DNA from: an uncultured virus (IMG/VR IMGVR_UViG_2061766007_000596)
Lineage: Duplodnaviria > Heunggongvirae > Uroviricota > Caudoviricetes
Direction: 5' to 3' (one strand)
DNA: 64,000 nt
Virus record (IMG/VR): IMGVR_UViG_2061766007_000596
Of this stretch, positions 49,546-61,818 are shown in pieces (position 1 is the first letter of the stretch; the number at the start of each line of letters is the position of its first letter). The notes under the pieces were generated by a model that saw nothing but the letters and a program-made list of their open reading frames with translations, was not told the origin of the DNA and made no database searches. Made by a program: the position numbers and the translations under genes.

Positions 49546-51621
49546 ATGGGAACTTTTAGTTATTTACAAGATAAGGACTTTTTAAAAGCTTTAGATAATT
49601 ATACTAATAAGTTCTTTTGGGTTAAAATAGAAGTTCTTGATTCGAATGAAATTCCTATAAAAAATATAGAGGGGCGGGTTCAGCCTGGCTCCTCTATTAG
49701 TTTGAGCGGGAGCTCCTCAGTCAGAAGAACTTGTACTATAAATTTTATTGCAGAAGAAGAAGAAACTGATTTAACTGATATTGATAATCTTCTTTCTGCA
49801 AATAAAAGAATTAAAATTTTTGAAGGAATTAGAAATGATATAAGCGGAAATTATGATAAGATAATCTGGTTTCCGCTTGGGGTCTTTGTTATTGTGCAAC
49901 CTAGTATTACACATAATTCAAATGGTTGTATTATTTCATTAAATTGTAAAGATAAAATGTGTTTACTTAATGGAGAGTGTGCAGGTGGGCTTCCTACCTC
50001 TATTACTTTTCATGAGTATGACCAGGTTATCGGATCTCGTGATGTAGATGGCGATCCCCGCACATTAATATTAGAACCTAATAATTATACAGTATATTAT
50101 GATATTAAAAATGATAATTATTGGTCATGGACTAAAGAGTTTGGATGGCAGTCTGCTAATGAAAATGATATAGGAGATATAATTTCTATTCCACAACGTT
50201 TTTATGATATTATTCAGACTCTTGTTTGTAATTATGGTGGAGAAAGTTTAGATAAAATTTTTATAAATGACATTCCGCTTGAAATTAAACAAATTGTTAG
50301 ATATGTAGGAAGTGGAAGTTTATATTATAATACTAGTACAGGGATGTATACTTTAGATGAATCTTATGTAACAGAAGATGGGTTATGGAGAAGCTTCAGT
50401 TATAATGAAGATGTAGGATATGTATATACTGATTTTACTTATCCTGGTTCTCTTGTTTCTTCTATTGGAGAAAATGTATGTTCTGTATTAGATAAAATTA
50501 AAAATACTTTAGGTAATTATGAATATTTTTATGATATAGAGGGAAATTTTATTTTTCAAGAAATAAAAAATTATCTTAATAATTCTTATAATCAAGCAGA
50601 AGATAATGCTTATAGATTAGATGATAATAGAAAGATTGCAGTTGCTAGTAATGGTCTTTCTATTCTTGACGATGTTAATTATGAGATAGATTTTTATGGT
50701 AACACTAAATCAGTTTATTCTTTTGAGGAAGGAAGCGGATTAATTACTTCTTATGCTAATACTCCTAATTATACTAATTTAAAAAATGATTTTCATATAT
50801 GGGGAGAAAATGAAGATGGTTATGCTATACATTATCATTTAGTTATAAAAAATAAACCTATAATTATGAATAAGTATAATGTAGTATTTTTACAAGATAA
50901 AGATGGAGAATACACTGGCGGTTTGCGATTAGCAAATGATGGAGAAGAATTTGAATTATATACTCCTGCAGATTGGAGAGCTGAATTATATCTTCAAGGA
51001 TTAATTAAAAATAAAATACAACAAAGACCTGATGTATATGAACAAGAATTATTAGATTTGTTTGATAATATTTATGATTTTAAAAAAAAGGAATTTAAAA
51101 CTGATTTAGTTTTAAAACCTAATAATTTAGCTTATTTTTTTGATTATTTGGAACCTGTTAATAAATTGTATGATTGTTCTGTTGATGTTTTAGGAACTAA
51201 AATTTATTCTTATCAACAAGATAAAATTAATAGATTATATAATACAGATATTCCAGATATGATTATGATAAATTTAGGAATAGATGAACAGACTCGTAAG
51301 AAAATTATTTCTAGATGTGAGCGGGAAGGGCAATCTTATTCAAATGTTAATTCAGCTGTTTATTCTAAAGTCGCAATTGGAACAGCTGGGTATACTGCTC
51401 AAGAGACTGCTCGTGAATTACTTTATCAATATACTAATTATAATGAGAGTATTTCTATATCTAGTATTCCTATTTATTATTTAGATGTTAATACAAGAAT
51501 TACAGTTCAAGATAGAAAAACTGGGATTTTTGGTGATTTTATTATTAATAGTATCTCCTTACCTCTTGATGCGGGAGGCACTATGAATATCACAGCTTCA
51601 AGAGCACTAGAGAGAATTTAA
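49546..51621 (+). CDS. tail/baseplate hub-like protein
   Basis: SSSVRRT, WFPLGVF, DKMCLLNG and IPIYYLDVN.RI motifs; position in the tail module. Confidence 0.6.
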   Translation: MGTFSYLQDKDFLKALDNYTNKFFWVKIEVLDSNEIPIKNIEGRVQPGSSISLSGSSSVRRTCTINFIAEEEETDLTDIDNLLSANKRIKIFEGIRNDISGNYDKIIWFPLGVFVIVQPSITHNSNGCIISLNCKDKMCLLNGECAGGLPTSITFHEYDQVIGSRDVDGDPRTLILEPNNYTVYYDIKNDNYWSWTKEFGWQSANENDIGDIISIPQRFYDIIQTLVCNYGGESLDKIFINDIPLEIKQIVRYVGSGSLYYNTSTGMYTLDESYVTEDGLWRSFSYNEDVGYVYTDFTYPGSLVSSIGENVCSVLDKIKNTLGNYEYFYDIEGNFIFQEIKNYLNNSYNQAEDNAYRLDDNRKIAVASNGLSILDDVNYEIDFYGNTKSVYSFEEGSGLITSYANTPNYTNLKNDFHIWGENEDGYAIHYHLVIKNKPIIMNKYNVVFLQDKDGEYTGGLRLANDGEEFELYTPADWRAELYLQGLIKNKIQQRPDVYEQELLDLFDNIYDFKKKEFKTDLVLKPNNLAYFFDYLEPVNKLYDCSVDVLGTKIYSYQQDKINRLYNTDIPDMIMINLGIDEQTRKKIISRCEREGQSYSNVNSAVYSKVAIGTAGYTAQETARELLYQYTNYNESISISSIPIYYLDVNTRITVQDRKTGIFGDFIINSISLPLDAGGTMNITASRALERI

Positions 51622-51638
51622 AAAGGAGGTAGAAGGAA

Positions 51639-52517
51639 ATGGCATCGTCTTATGTAATAGACCAATACAATAAAGTTAAAAATAAAGATGATGAATTATT
51701 TATGACTTTTTTAGAGAATGCAGGAGTTGCAGATAGAAAACAGGTTCCTGTAGATGAATATGATGTTATAGGTACTCAAGATGAAGATGAATTATTATGG
51801 GATGAATGTTTTAAATTAAATGGAAATTTTAGTACTGCAACTACTTATTATTTTCATTGTCAAATAGAAAGAATGCCTGAAAGTACTCAAGTTTTTAATA
51901 TTAAATTAATTGATTCAACCGCTAGAAAAGAGGATGAAGTGGTAGAACAATATATTAAAACTATTACTATAGCTGGAGGAAATTATTCAGATTGGGTAGA
52001 TATTGAATTTACATTTACTCCTTTAAACAATGGTTTTGATAGTATTCTTTTTGAAATGAGAAGAGGAGTAAGTGATTATAGATTACGTCGTAGATTTGCT
52101 CATATAGCTTATTTAGAGTTAAGTATAGTAAATAATTTTCTTGATCAAATAAATAGTAATGGAATAAAATTAATAAAATTGGGAGTTCAAAGTCATCCTA
52201 GTTTAGTTATGTGTATTAATAGAGATGAAATTAGAACTTGTAGAACTGGGATTTATGAATTAAAAAATGGCATTATTACAGTTAATTTTTTCTCTGTTGT
52301 TAATGGGATAAAATTTACAGCAGTAGGAGAACAACAGTTTAAAGCATGGGAAGATCAAATAGCAAATGACATAATTGCTATTGAAGCGTCAAGTATGACT
52401 GATAAAGAAAAAGAAATAGCTATAGGAAATATACATAGTGAATATATCAATTATGCAAGAGAACCTCGTAGTATAGATAATTTTACTTTAGATTATATGT
52501 ATAGAAAGGAGACATAA
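51639..52517 (+). CDS. hypothetical tail-module protein
   Basis: 292 aa, AAGGAGG RBS. Confidence 0.6.
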   Translation: MASSYVIDQYNKVKNKDDELFMTFLENAGVADRKQVPVDEYDVIGTQDEDELLWDECFKLNGNFSTATTYYFHCQIERMPESTQVFNIKLIDSTARKEDEVVEQYIKTITIAGGNYSDWVDIEFTFTPLNNGFDSILFEMRRGVSDYRLRRRFAHIAYLELSIVNNFLDQINSNGIKLIKLGVQSHPSLVMCINRDEIRTCRTGIYELKNGIITVNFFSVVNGIKFTAVGEQQFKAWEDQIANDIIAIEASSMTDKEKEIAIGNIHSEYINYAREPRSIDNFTLDYMYRKET

Positions 52518-52519
52518 GG

Positions 52520-54865
52520 ATGAGTTTTGAGTCATTTTATGGAGGTCGTCAAGGTGCCTCCTTTATTATAGTTCATCATTTTGATGGAATTAATATTCCT
52601 GAAGGTACTTGCAAAACTAAATTTTATGCAATTGATTCTATTGAAAATGAGAATCCAATATATAAGTTTATTATAAATAGTTCAACAGGAGCTAAAGAAT
52701 TAATTGAAAAAAATCAAGATACTCAAGATCATTATACTTGGTATTTAACTGAATTAAATGGAGAAGCAGTTACTCTTACTGATGGCACTCAATTAACACG
52801 TAGTAGAGAAGAAGCTGAAGGTATGGTTCAATGCTTTAAACAAGGTGGTAAAACTACTGATATAGTTAATTATGGTGAATATGTTATTATAGATACTGTT
52901 TTTGGATTTAGTGATACTTCTGATGTAGATAATGGTAAAGTTTTTAGAAGAGGAATGAACTATGATTATAGCGATAGTAATCCTTTGGCGGGAGCTGAAT
53001 ATATTGGTCAGATAGTTGGTCCTAAAGGAGAAACAGCTTCTTTAGGAATGGATACAGTTTCAACAATTATAGATGCTGGTGGAGCAACTGGAACTTATGG
53101 TGGAGAAGATTTAGTTCCTGGAAAAGATGGCGATACTTATAATGATAGTATTCAATATGCTTGGGTTAATGTTCGTAATCAAGCAGGAGACATTGAAAAA
53201 GCATTAATTGGTTTTAAATTTCCTTATTTAGTTGAAGAATTTACTGCTAAAGTAAGAAGTCCTTATCAAAATGGAGTACCTATTGATAGTAACGTTCAAT
53301 TAGCTACTAAAATAGATGATGGTAATCATCCTTTCTATGGAAAATGGGAAATTGAAGTTCCTAAAGGTATTCATGGTATAGATTCTGGTAATTTTGATAT
53401 AGTACATACTAAAACTAAACCGGCGGGATATGGAGAAGATAGTTATGCGGGAACCGCAGTCTGGGAAGATGAAGCTTGTACTATTCCTTTAATGGAAGAG
53501 GGTAGTCAAGTGGTTCTTACGGCAGCCGCAATTATTCTTAGAGAAACTCCTAATCATAATTATACTCCGAGTGAAAGACAAAGTAATTTTCCTATTTATA
53601 ACCAATCTACTGTCTCTTGTAAAATTATGTATAATGGAATAATTAGATACGTTAAGAAAGTAGATTGTTATATAGATCAGGTTAGATATAAGGAAATTAG
53701 TTATGATGATTATGAAGCTGGAACATTTACTTTTATTGATGTTGATATAAAGTTTGTAGAAAATATAGAAATACAAACAGAAGATAATACAGGTATTGAA
53801 GGTAGTGGAAATCAAAGAGTTTATATTACATATAATACAGATGTTTCTGCTCCTGTTGAAGTTGGAAAACCTTTAAATTATGTTGTTGATACATATGTAG
53901 TTCCTCAAAGTGATAGGAATGGAATTCAAGGTCATTTATTAGTTTATTATAGTGATCCAGTACGCAGAAATGCTAGTTCTATTAAAGATTTAATATATCC
54001 TTCTGCTAGATTAGGACAAAATATTAATGGATGGACTGATTTAGGTGATGTTAAGGGTAGTTCAGAACCTCATTTAGCTTTTACAGAAAAATCAAGTTGG
54101 GCTGAAGTTCAAGCATTAGGCGCTCCAGAAGATGAAATGCATAATGATAAATATGCAGGTTGGGGAGTTATATATCCTAAAGGTAATATTAGGTGGGTAG
54201 CTCAATATGATTATGTTGCTCAAGAATGGAAAGATGGAGTTCCTTATGATATAGGAATGACTGACCCAATACAAGTTATTAATTATGATTCTGCAAATTT
54301 ATATCCTAATGGATTTAGAATTGATACTGAAAATAGAACAGTTGCAAATGAAATATTAACTAAAGGAGTTATTTATCAAGTAGCTCAAAAAGATAATAAC
54401 TCTAATTTTTCTCCAGTTCCTATTGGCCCAGAAGTTAGGTATGTAAGTGCTCAACAAAATTCTCATACTCGTAATTTAGAAGAACAGTTAATGATAGGAA
54501 CAGATACATTAACTCGTAAAAAATATTCCATTATTAATAATGATACGCTTAAAATAATAGAAGATATTGATTATTTTGCAGATCAAAATAAAAAAAGGTA
54601 TAATTTAGTTAAAGAATATAGTATGGATATTCCAGTTAAATTTGAATCCAATAAATTAACTTTGAATTTAAATTCAAATATTACTGATAAAGTAGAACGC
54701 TTAAATTATATTCCTGATGTGCATAATCGTGAAAATGTTATAGATCTTCTTTATAAAAATCTTGTATATGAAGAAGAGCTAGATGGAACTTTATATTTTA
54801 GAGAATATATTTCAGATACACCACCAAGTGTACAGCATCCAAATATACCACCAAGTGCACAATAA
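52520..54865 (+). CDS. tail-associated structural protein
   Basis: 781 aa, SFYGGRQG N-terminus; terminator at 54864-54894. Confidence 0.55.
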   Translation: MSFESFYGGRQGASFIIVHHFDGINIPEGTCKTKFYAIDSIENENPIYKFIINSSTGAKELIEKNQDTQDHYTWYLTELNGEAVTLTDGTQLTRSREEAEGMVQCFKQGGKTTDIVNYGEYVIIDTVFGFSDTSDVDNGKVFRRGMNYDYSDSNPLAGAEYIGQIVGPKGETASLGMDTVSTIIDAGGATGTYGGEDLVPGKDGDTYNDSIQYAWVNVRNQAGDIEKALIGFKFPYLVEEFTAKVRSPYQNGVPIDSNVQLATKIDDGNHPFYGKWEIEVPKGIHGIDSGNFDIVHTKTKPAGYGEDSYAGTAVWEDEACTIPLMEEGSQVVLTAAAIILRETPNHNYTPSERQSNFPIYNQSTVSCKIMYNGIIRYVKKVDCYIDQVRYKEISYDDYEAGTFTFIDVDIKFVENIEIQTEDNTGIEGSGNQRVYITYNTDVSAPVEVGKPLNYVVDTYVVPQSDRNGIQGHLLVYYSDPVRRNASSIKDLIYPSARLGQNINGWTDLGDVKGSSEPHLAFTEKSSWAEVQALGAPEDEMHNDKYAGWGVIYPKGNIRWVAQYDYVAQEWKDGVPYDIGMTDPIQVINYDSANLYPNGFRIDTENRTVANEILTKGVIYQVAQKDNNSNFSPVPIGPEVRYVSAQQNSHTRNLEEQLMIGTDTLTRKKYSIINNDTLKIIEDIDYFADQNKKRYNLVKEYSMDIPVKFESNKLTLNLNSNITDKVERLNYIPDVHNRENVIDLLYKNLVYEEELDGTLYFREYISDTPPSVQHPNIPPSAQ

Positions 54866-55025
54866 AAGAGAGGATATTATATCCTCTCTTTTTTCTTTTG
54901 GACAATAATAANNNNNNNNNNNNNNNNNNNNNNNNNNNNNNNNNNNNNNNNNNNNNNNNNNNNNNNNNNNNNNNNNNNNNNNNNNNNNNNNNNNNNNNNN
55001 NNNNNNNNNNNNNNNNNNNNNNNNN

Positions 55026-58000
55026 TGAGATAAATGTTCCAGGAATTCCACAGGTATCTGGAGAAATTGGAGCAGAAGCTCAAAATATAGATGTCGGTCT
55101 TGATGCTAATGGAGAAGTTATTGAAGATATATATGAAACTCCTCCTACTACTGTTATAAGTTTATCTTCTGCTTTAAAAGATAATATAGGCAATAAAAAG
55201 ATGAATATTGATGGTAGTAATGCTGCTGAAACAGTTACTTTTGAAGGGAATTTTCAACAAGGATTAGAAACAACTGCAATTGGTGATTCTTCTCATGCTG
55301 AAGGTCTTAGTACATCAGCTGGAGCTGAAGGCGCTCATGCAGAAGGTGGTTTAACAGTAGCTTTTCAATCAATATCTCATGCAGAAGGAAACAGAACTAC
55401 CGCAAGAGGTCTTGCAGCTCATTCAGAAGGAGTTGATACATCTGCAGTTGGAAATGGTTCTCATGCAGAAGGAGTTGATACATCTGCAATTGGAGACTAT
55501 TCACATGCTGAAGGTAAAAATACATTAACTAATGGAAATTATTCTCATTCTGAAGGAGAAAATACAACGGCGATTGGAAATGGTTCTCATGCAGAAGGTA
55601 TTGCTACAACAGCTAGTGGAGAAGGATCTCATACAATGGGATATCAAACATGTGCTATTGGTAGATATTCTCATGCAGAAGGTATTAATACTGTTGCAGG
55701 GCATGAATATGAAGATAATGGACAATTAACGACTGATATAAGTTGTCATGCAGAAGGATATGAAACTTTTGCCTTATCTGATCATGCTCATGCAGAAGGA
55801 CAAAATACAACTGCATCTGGTTATGCTAGTCATTCTGAAGGTGCTTTGACATTCGCACAAGGAGAAATGTCTCATGCAGAAGGATCATTAACAACTGCAG
55901 GGCATTCATATGAACAAATATTTTATAATCATCAGTATGAAATTTATGATATTAATTATACTCCAATAATATCGCAGGAACCTTTTCAAAAAACGTTTTC
56001 TGGAATTGGAGAACAAATAATTTCATTTGAATTTAGTCCTATTAACTCTATACAAGAGGAAATTTATTTACGACCAGATATATATAATCATCAAGCTCCT
56101 TCATTAAATAATAGTTTTATAACAAATTATAATAATAATACAATAAGATGCACTATTAATATAAGAACAGATAATATTGTTTTTCAGTCTGTTAATTCTT
56201 CAACATATAATTTTATTGGAGAATATAAAGATGGTTTTACCATTTATAAATATAATGGACCGCAAGAATTTTTTATAGATAATGAAGAAAATATTGTTGG
56301 TTCAATATCTCAAATAATTATAGAACAAAAACCTATTGTTTCTGCTACTTATATAGGAAATGATGTTTATAAATATGGACCGCCTGTTTATGAAGTTACA
56401 ATATTAGGAGATATGAATATATCTTCTGAAGTTGTTTTTGATATTATTTTAAATCCAAATAATTTTACTATTACATATCCTACTCAAACTTATTTTTATC
56501 CAACAGGAGAATTAACTACTGATTCTTCTGTGCATACAGAAGGTACTGCAACAAAAGGATATTATGATAATAGTCATGCAGAAGGACAAAATACAATAGC
56601 TATTGGGGATTGCTGTCACGCAGAAGGTATGGCAACATCTGCAGGTTCTGAAACGATAACTCATATTATAGGTACTTATGATATACCACAATTTTATTAT
56701 ACACCAAATATAGAATCATTTCGTATAAATTTATCTTCTTCTGATGAAAGTCCTACTCATTTATCACTTAATAATAATTATTTAATGAAATTAGAATTAA
56801 AAAATGCTGATAAAGATGAGATTCCTCCATTAATTTATTCTAATATAAGATTATTAGATCAAGGATATTTTATATGTTCTATTACAATAGCAAATGATGA
56901 TTATTGTTTTGAAAATGGTTCTCAAACTTTTGATTTTCAAGGATTTTATCAAAATGAAATGACAATTTATAGATATTCTGGAGATGTTGAAATTATAGAT
57001 AAAAATGAAAATCCTGTTGGTATAATACATGAAATAATAATATACCAAGAATATAGTAATATGCCCCCTGAAGATTTAAATAATGATATTTATGGTTTTA
57101 AGCCTAATTATATATTTGATTTAAATATAGATTATTTCACCGAAAATCTTACTCTTGATATTAGTTTTAATTTAGATCATTTTAAATTGGTATATCCTCA
57201 AAATAGATTTGAATATCCAATACAAACTTTTGGTAGTAGTTGTAGAGGAGCTCATACAGAAGGGTATAAAACAATAGCTTTAAATAACTATGCCCATGCA
57301 GAAGGTTATATGACGACTGCCTCTGGATCTTATTCTCATGCAGAAGGATATCACACAAAAGCACAAAGAAGTTCACAAACTGTTGTTGGAATATATAATA
57401 ATAATAAATCCGCGACATTATTTGAAGTCGGTAATGGGAATTCTAATAGTGAAATATCAAATGCTTTTGAAGTTTATAAAAATGGAAGACTTTCACAAGA
57501 TGATGGTGTCACACAATATAAATTTACTAAAGATAATAATGGTAATAAAGGTTATTATGATGAAAATAATAATTTTAATAAATTTTCTGCAGGAGTTCAA
57601 CAAACTCCAACTAATACTAATGAAAATTATGAAATTTTATTTAGTAATTCCGCAAATAATGAGCTAGAACAAAATGATATAGTTAGAAAAGATGATGGAT
57701 TAAGATATAATCCTAGTTTAAATGCTTTAATGGAAGGTACTGGAACTTCTGCTTTAGGAGAAAATTGTCATGCGGAAGGAAATAATACATTAATATATGG
57801 TTCTTCCAATCATGGAGAAGGAAAAAATTCAGTTATTGGAATTTATGAAGAAGTTTCTGCCGAACATGAGAATATAGTAAGNNNNNNNNNNNNNNNNNNN
57901 NNNNNNNNNNNNNNNNNNNNNNNNNNNNNNNNNNNNNNNNNNNNNNNNNNNNNNNNNNNNNNNNNNNNNNNNNNNNNNNNNNNNNNNNNNNNNNNNNNNN

Positions 58001-59290
58001 NNNNNNNNNNNNNNNNNNNNNNNNNNNNNNNNNNNNNNNNNNNNNNNNNNNNNNNNNNNNNNNNNNNNNNNNNNNNNNNNNNNNNNNNNNNNNNNNNNNN
58101 NNNNNNNNNNNNNNNNNNNNNNNNNNNNNNNNNNNNNNNNNNNNNNNNNNNNNNNNNNNNNNNNNNNTGTTAATATATCTTCTTCTACTATATCTTTTAA
58201 TAATATTGATACGACAATATCTTTAACTGATATAATTTCTACATCTCAAACTATTGATATTGGAATTATTGATATAACTTATACTCGTACAGGATCGACA
58301 GAAACATATCGTTGTAGTGGAAAAATTAGAATTACATTATCTTGGGATGATGAAAATAAAGCAATTAAAACATCGTTATCTATGATTAGTTATGGACCTC
58401 CCTTATTTTATCCTCAGAATGATGAAGGAGCTGATGCTGATTTAGGTTTTATTAGTCCTATAAACCCATTTATCGCAATAAATATTGAATCATTTAAATA
58501 TTTAAATGAAAGCATAAGTAATAATTTGCATAGTTCTCATATAGAAGGATCTAATAATTTAATTTCTTCAAATTATTCTCATGCCGAAGGTCAATATACT
58601 ACAGCCCTTGGAGAAGGATCTCATGCTGAAGGATATGTTACAATAGCATCTGGTGATTATTCTCATGCAGAAGGTTATGGAGAACGAGGAGATGAACTAT
58701 ATCCTGACATGCCTACTATAGCATCTGGTGATTATTCTCATGCAGAAGGAGAACAAACTGAAGCTAGAGGGACTAGTTCTCATGCAGAAGGTTTTCAATC
58801 ATTAGCTAGAGGTGATTATTCTCATGCTGGAGGATTTGGTGGAATAACATATTATGAAGGCCAATTTGTTCAAGGAGGTGTAGGAGGAACTTTTGGAGTA
58901 TCTCCTTCTACAGAAACTATTGTTTGGGATGCAGGATCTATTACAACAGTTACTAATAGTGAAAATGGATATTCTGCAAATTTTAATAATGGTGGAACGA
59001 CTGCTGGGAATAGAGAAATGTATATGCAATTATCTTTAGATCCAAGTATATATTTATTATGTTTTTCAGGAATGGATGAGACTTTTAAAGTAAAATATAC
59101 AAATACTTTTATTGTAGGGTGTGGAAAATCTACAGGAGCTTTAACTATAGAAGAAATTTCTAAAATTTCTCCTTTGGGAACTACTGCTAGTGGAACAACG
59201 ATGGCAGCAAGAAGTGATAATAAATTAAGAATAGCATTATCAAATAATACATATCCAAATGCTAAATTTCATTTAATGAGAATACTTTAA
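55026..59290 (+). CDS. tail fibre/adhesin with SHAEG (YadA-head-like) repeats; start in an N-gap, interrupted by a gap
   Basis: Many 14-aa A.G..SHAEG..T repeats in both fragments. Confidence 0.75.
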
Positions 59291-59651
59291 AAAATANNNN
59301 NNNNNNNNNNNNNNNNNNNNNNNNNNNNNNNNNNNNNNNNNNNNNNNNNNNNNNNNNNNNNNNNNNNNNNNNNNNNNNNNNNNNNNNNNNNNNNNNNNNN
59401 NNNNNNNNNNNNNNNNNNNNNNNNNNNNNNNNNNNNNNNNNNNNNNNNNNNNNNNNNNNNNNNNNNNNNNNNNNNNNNNNNNNNNNNNNNNNNNNNNNNN
59501 NNNNNNNNNNNNNNNNNNNNNNNNNNNNNNNNNNNNNNNNNNNNNNNNNNNNNNNNNNNNNNNNNNNNNNNNNNNNNNNNNNNNNNNNNNNNNNNNNNNN
59601 NNNNNNNNNNNNNNNNNNNNNNNNNNNNNNNNNNNNNNNNNNNNNNNNNNN

Positions 59652-60130
59652 NTATTTCAGTGTTTGACAATCAAAAGCTAGTTCATTATGAATGTATTAC
59701 TGCGGGAAGCGCAAATTTATACAAGAGAATAGATAAAATGATTACTGAATTAGAGCGCATTCTTATCGAGTATAAAATTCAATATGTGTATATTGAAGAT
59801 GTATATCCAGAAGATGTTCATAATAATTTAAATGTTTTTAATGCTTTAAAATATCTTCAAGGTTTTATTTTACATTTATTAAATAAATATGAGATAAAAC
59901 ATACTTTTTTTACCCCCTCTGAATGGAGAGCTAAATGTGGAATTCGTACAGGGCCGGGTATTAAAAGAGATACATTAAAACCAAAAGATATAGAATTTGT
60001 TAAGAATCAATTTGGTATAGAAGTCAATGATGATATAGCAGATGCTATTTGTATTGGCTTTGTAGGCACGGGCAGTAGCCCAATTAAACCACATATCGAG
60101 AAAACAGAAGATGGTTTCGAGTTTGGTTAA
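59652..60130 (+). CDS. RuvC-like Holliday junction resolvase (N-terminus in an N-gap)
   Basis: VYIED, PSEWR and NDDIADAICIG motifs. Confidence 0.75.
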
Positions 60131-60346
60131 TACTTTGGACAAACATAGATAATTGTCCTTGTAAATTTTTTATATTTAATAGAAATAAAATAAATGCGCA
60201 TTATTTTATTATATATCTATACTGTTCTAGTATAGGTTCAATTTTATTCTTATTTTTCAAGTATCAGTCTGATACACAAAAACCCAATTTTTTATTTTAA
60301 ACGAGATTCTTAGTGAATACTATCTTTATGTTTAAAAGGAGTAACT

Positions 60347-60769
60347 ATGAATAATTTTAATCAAAATCAAATGAGACCTCAGTTCTCCTCACCTTACTAT
60401 AACCCTACTTCGGGAGTGAGTACTCCAACGAATAATATACTTTGGGTTAATGGCATAGAGGGAGCAAAGGCCTGGCAATTAGCACCAAATAGTATGGCAA
60501 TTTTACTTGACAGTGAAGTAGAAGGAAAAATGTATATTAAAGTAAGTGACAACATTGGTATTTCACAGTTAAGAATCTTTAATTATGTAGAAGAATTACC
60601 TTCTACGAAAGTAACTAATAACGATTTGGATTTATCCCAATATGTTAAAAAAGATGAATTAGGAATACTAATAAAGGAGCTTTTAGCTAATGAACAGTCT
60701 ATTTCAACAACTGCAGCCTCAAGCGCAGTTGACGACACAAAATCTAGGGTCATTACCATCACGAAATGA
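60347..60769 (+). CDS. hypothetical protein (Asn/Gln-rich N-terminus)
   Basis: WVNGIEGAKAW...LLDSE...MYIK..D..G pattern. Confidence 0.7.
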   Translation: MNNFNQNQMRPQFSSPYYNPTSGVSTPTNNILWVNGIEGAKAWQLAPNSMAILLDSEVEGKMYIKVSDNIGISQLRIFNYVEELPSTKVTNNDLDLSQYVKKDELGILIKELLANEQSISTTAASSAVDDTKSRVITITK

Positions 60770-60965
60770 CCTTCTTAAAAAAATTCTCAACAGTTCCAAT
60801 CCAACGGAACTTCTTAATTCTTTAATCTCAAATAATCCCAAAATGCAAAATGTTTTACAACTTATGCAGTCTAGCGGAATGACCCCTAAGGACTTTTTCT
60901 ATTCCTATGCAAAACAGAATGGGGTAGATCCAAATCAATTTCTTAGCTCATTAAACAAGAGCTGA
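60690..60965 (+). CDS. small Asn/Gln-rich helical protein
   Basis: AAGGAG RBS; NPKMQNVLQLMQ...GVDPNQFL. Confidence 0.7.
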   Translation: MNSLFQQLQPQAQLTTQNLGSLPSRNDLLKKILNSSNPTELLNSLISNNPKMQNVLQLMQSSGMTPKDFFYSYAKQNGVDPNQFLSSLNKS

Positions 60966-60978
60966 AAGGAGATTAATT

Positions 60979-61744
60979 ATGGGTGAAAGTGGAACACTCA
61001 GTGCTAGTGATATTGCTTTATTAAGTGATAAAGGCGGAATGGGATGGGGAGACTCATCATTCTTTTGGATTTTCGCATTATTAATTCTTGCGGGCGGCGG
61101 CTTCGGCGGATTAGGCTGGGGCAATAATGGTTTTGCCAATGCAATTGGTTATGAAAACCTTGCTACTTCTAATGAAGTTCAAAGAGGATTTGATAATCAG
61201 AATTCTATGGCTAACCAAAGAGATATTTTAGCAGCAGTAAATGTAGCTTCCGCACAGGGAGTAGCTGCAACTAATCAGGTTTATCATGATGTGGNNNNNN
61301 NNNNCAGCTTCCGCACAGGGAGTAGCTGCAACTAATCAGGTTTATCATGATGTGGTTGGTTACATTGGAGATAAATATAGTGAGCTTGATAGAGATATTC
61401 TTGGAGTTGGCTCAGCAGTGCAACAAAGTATTGCTAATCAGAATGAGTGCTGCTGCTCTACAAAAATGCTTGTTCAAGGTGTGGCATCTGATATTAATGC
61501 TGGCATTGCTCAGAATAGATATGATGCAGCTCTTAATACAGCAGCTATTAATGCAACTACAACAGCTCAGACTCAGAAGATTCTTGATGCTATCACAGGT
61601 AATCGTATGGCTGAAATGCAGCAACAGATTAACGCATTGGAACTTCAGAATCAATTAGCTAGCGTAGTAAGATATCCAAATAACACTTTCTACGCTGTTC
61701 CTAGTCCTTGCTTTAACACAGGATGCGGATGCGGGAATATTTGA
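60979..61744 (+). CDS. Gly-rich TM + coiled-coil + Cys-rich protein (one gene split by a gap artefact)
   Basis: FFWIFALLILAGGGFGG...NECCCS...PCFNTGCGCGNI; duplicated flanks around the N10 gap at 61295. Confidence 0.75.
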
Positions 61745-61818
61745 TTGAATAATGCGGTTCCCGGCTAGAGATCTCTAACCGGGTTCCCGCATACCTTATA
61801 TTAAGGAGGATTAAACAA

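Noticed and set aside
55026..59290. Diversity-generating retroelement target
   Set aside because: I saw no reverse transcriptase and no adenine-specific TR/VR pair in this window.
61246..61354. Tandem duplication and apparent frameshift in the Gly/Cys-rich gene
   Set aside because: Identical ~48-bp flanks around a 10-N gap indicate a scaffolding artefact.
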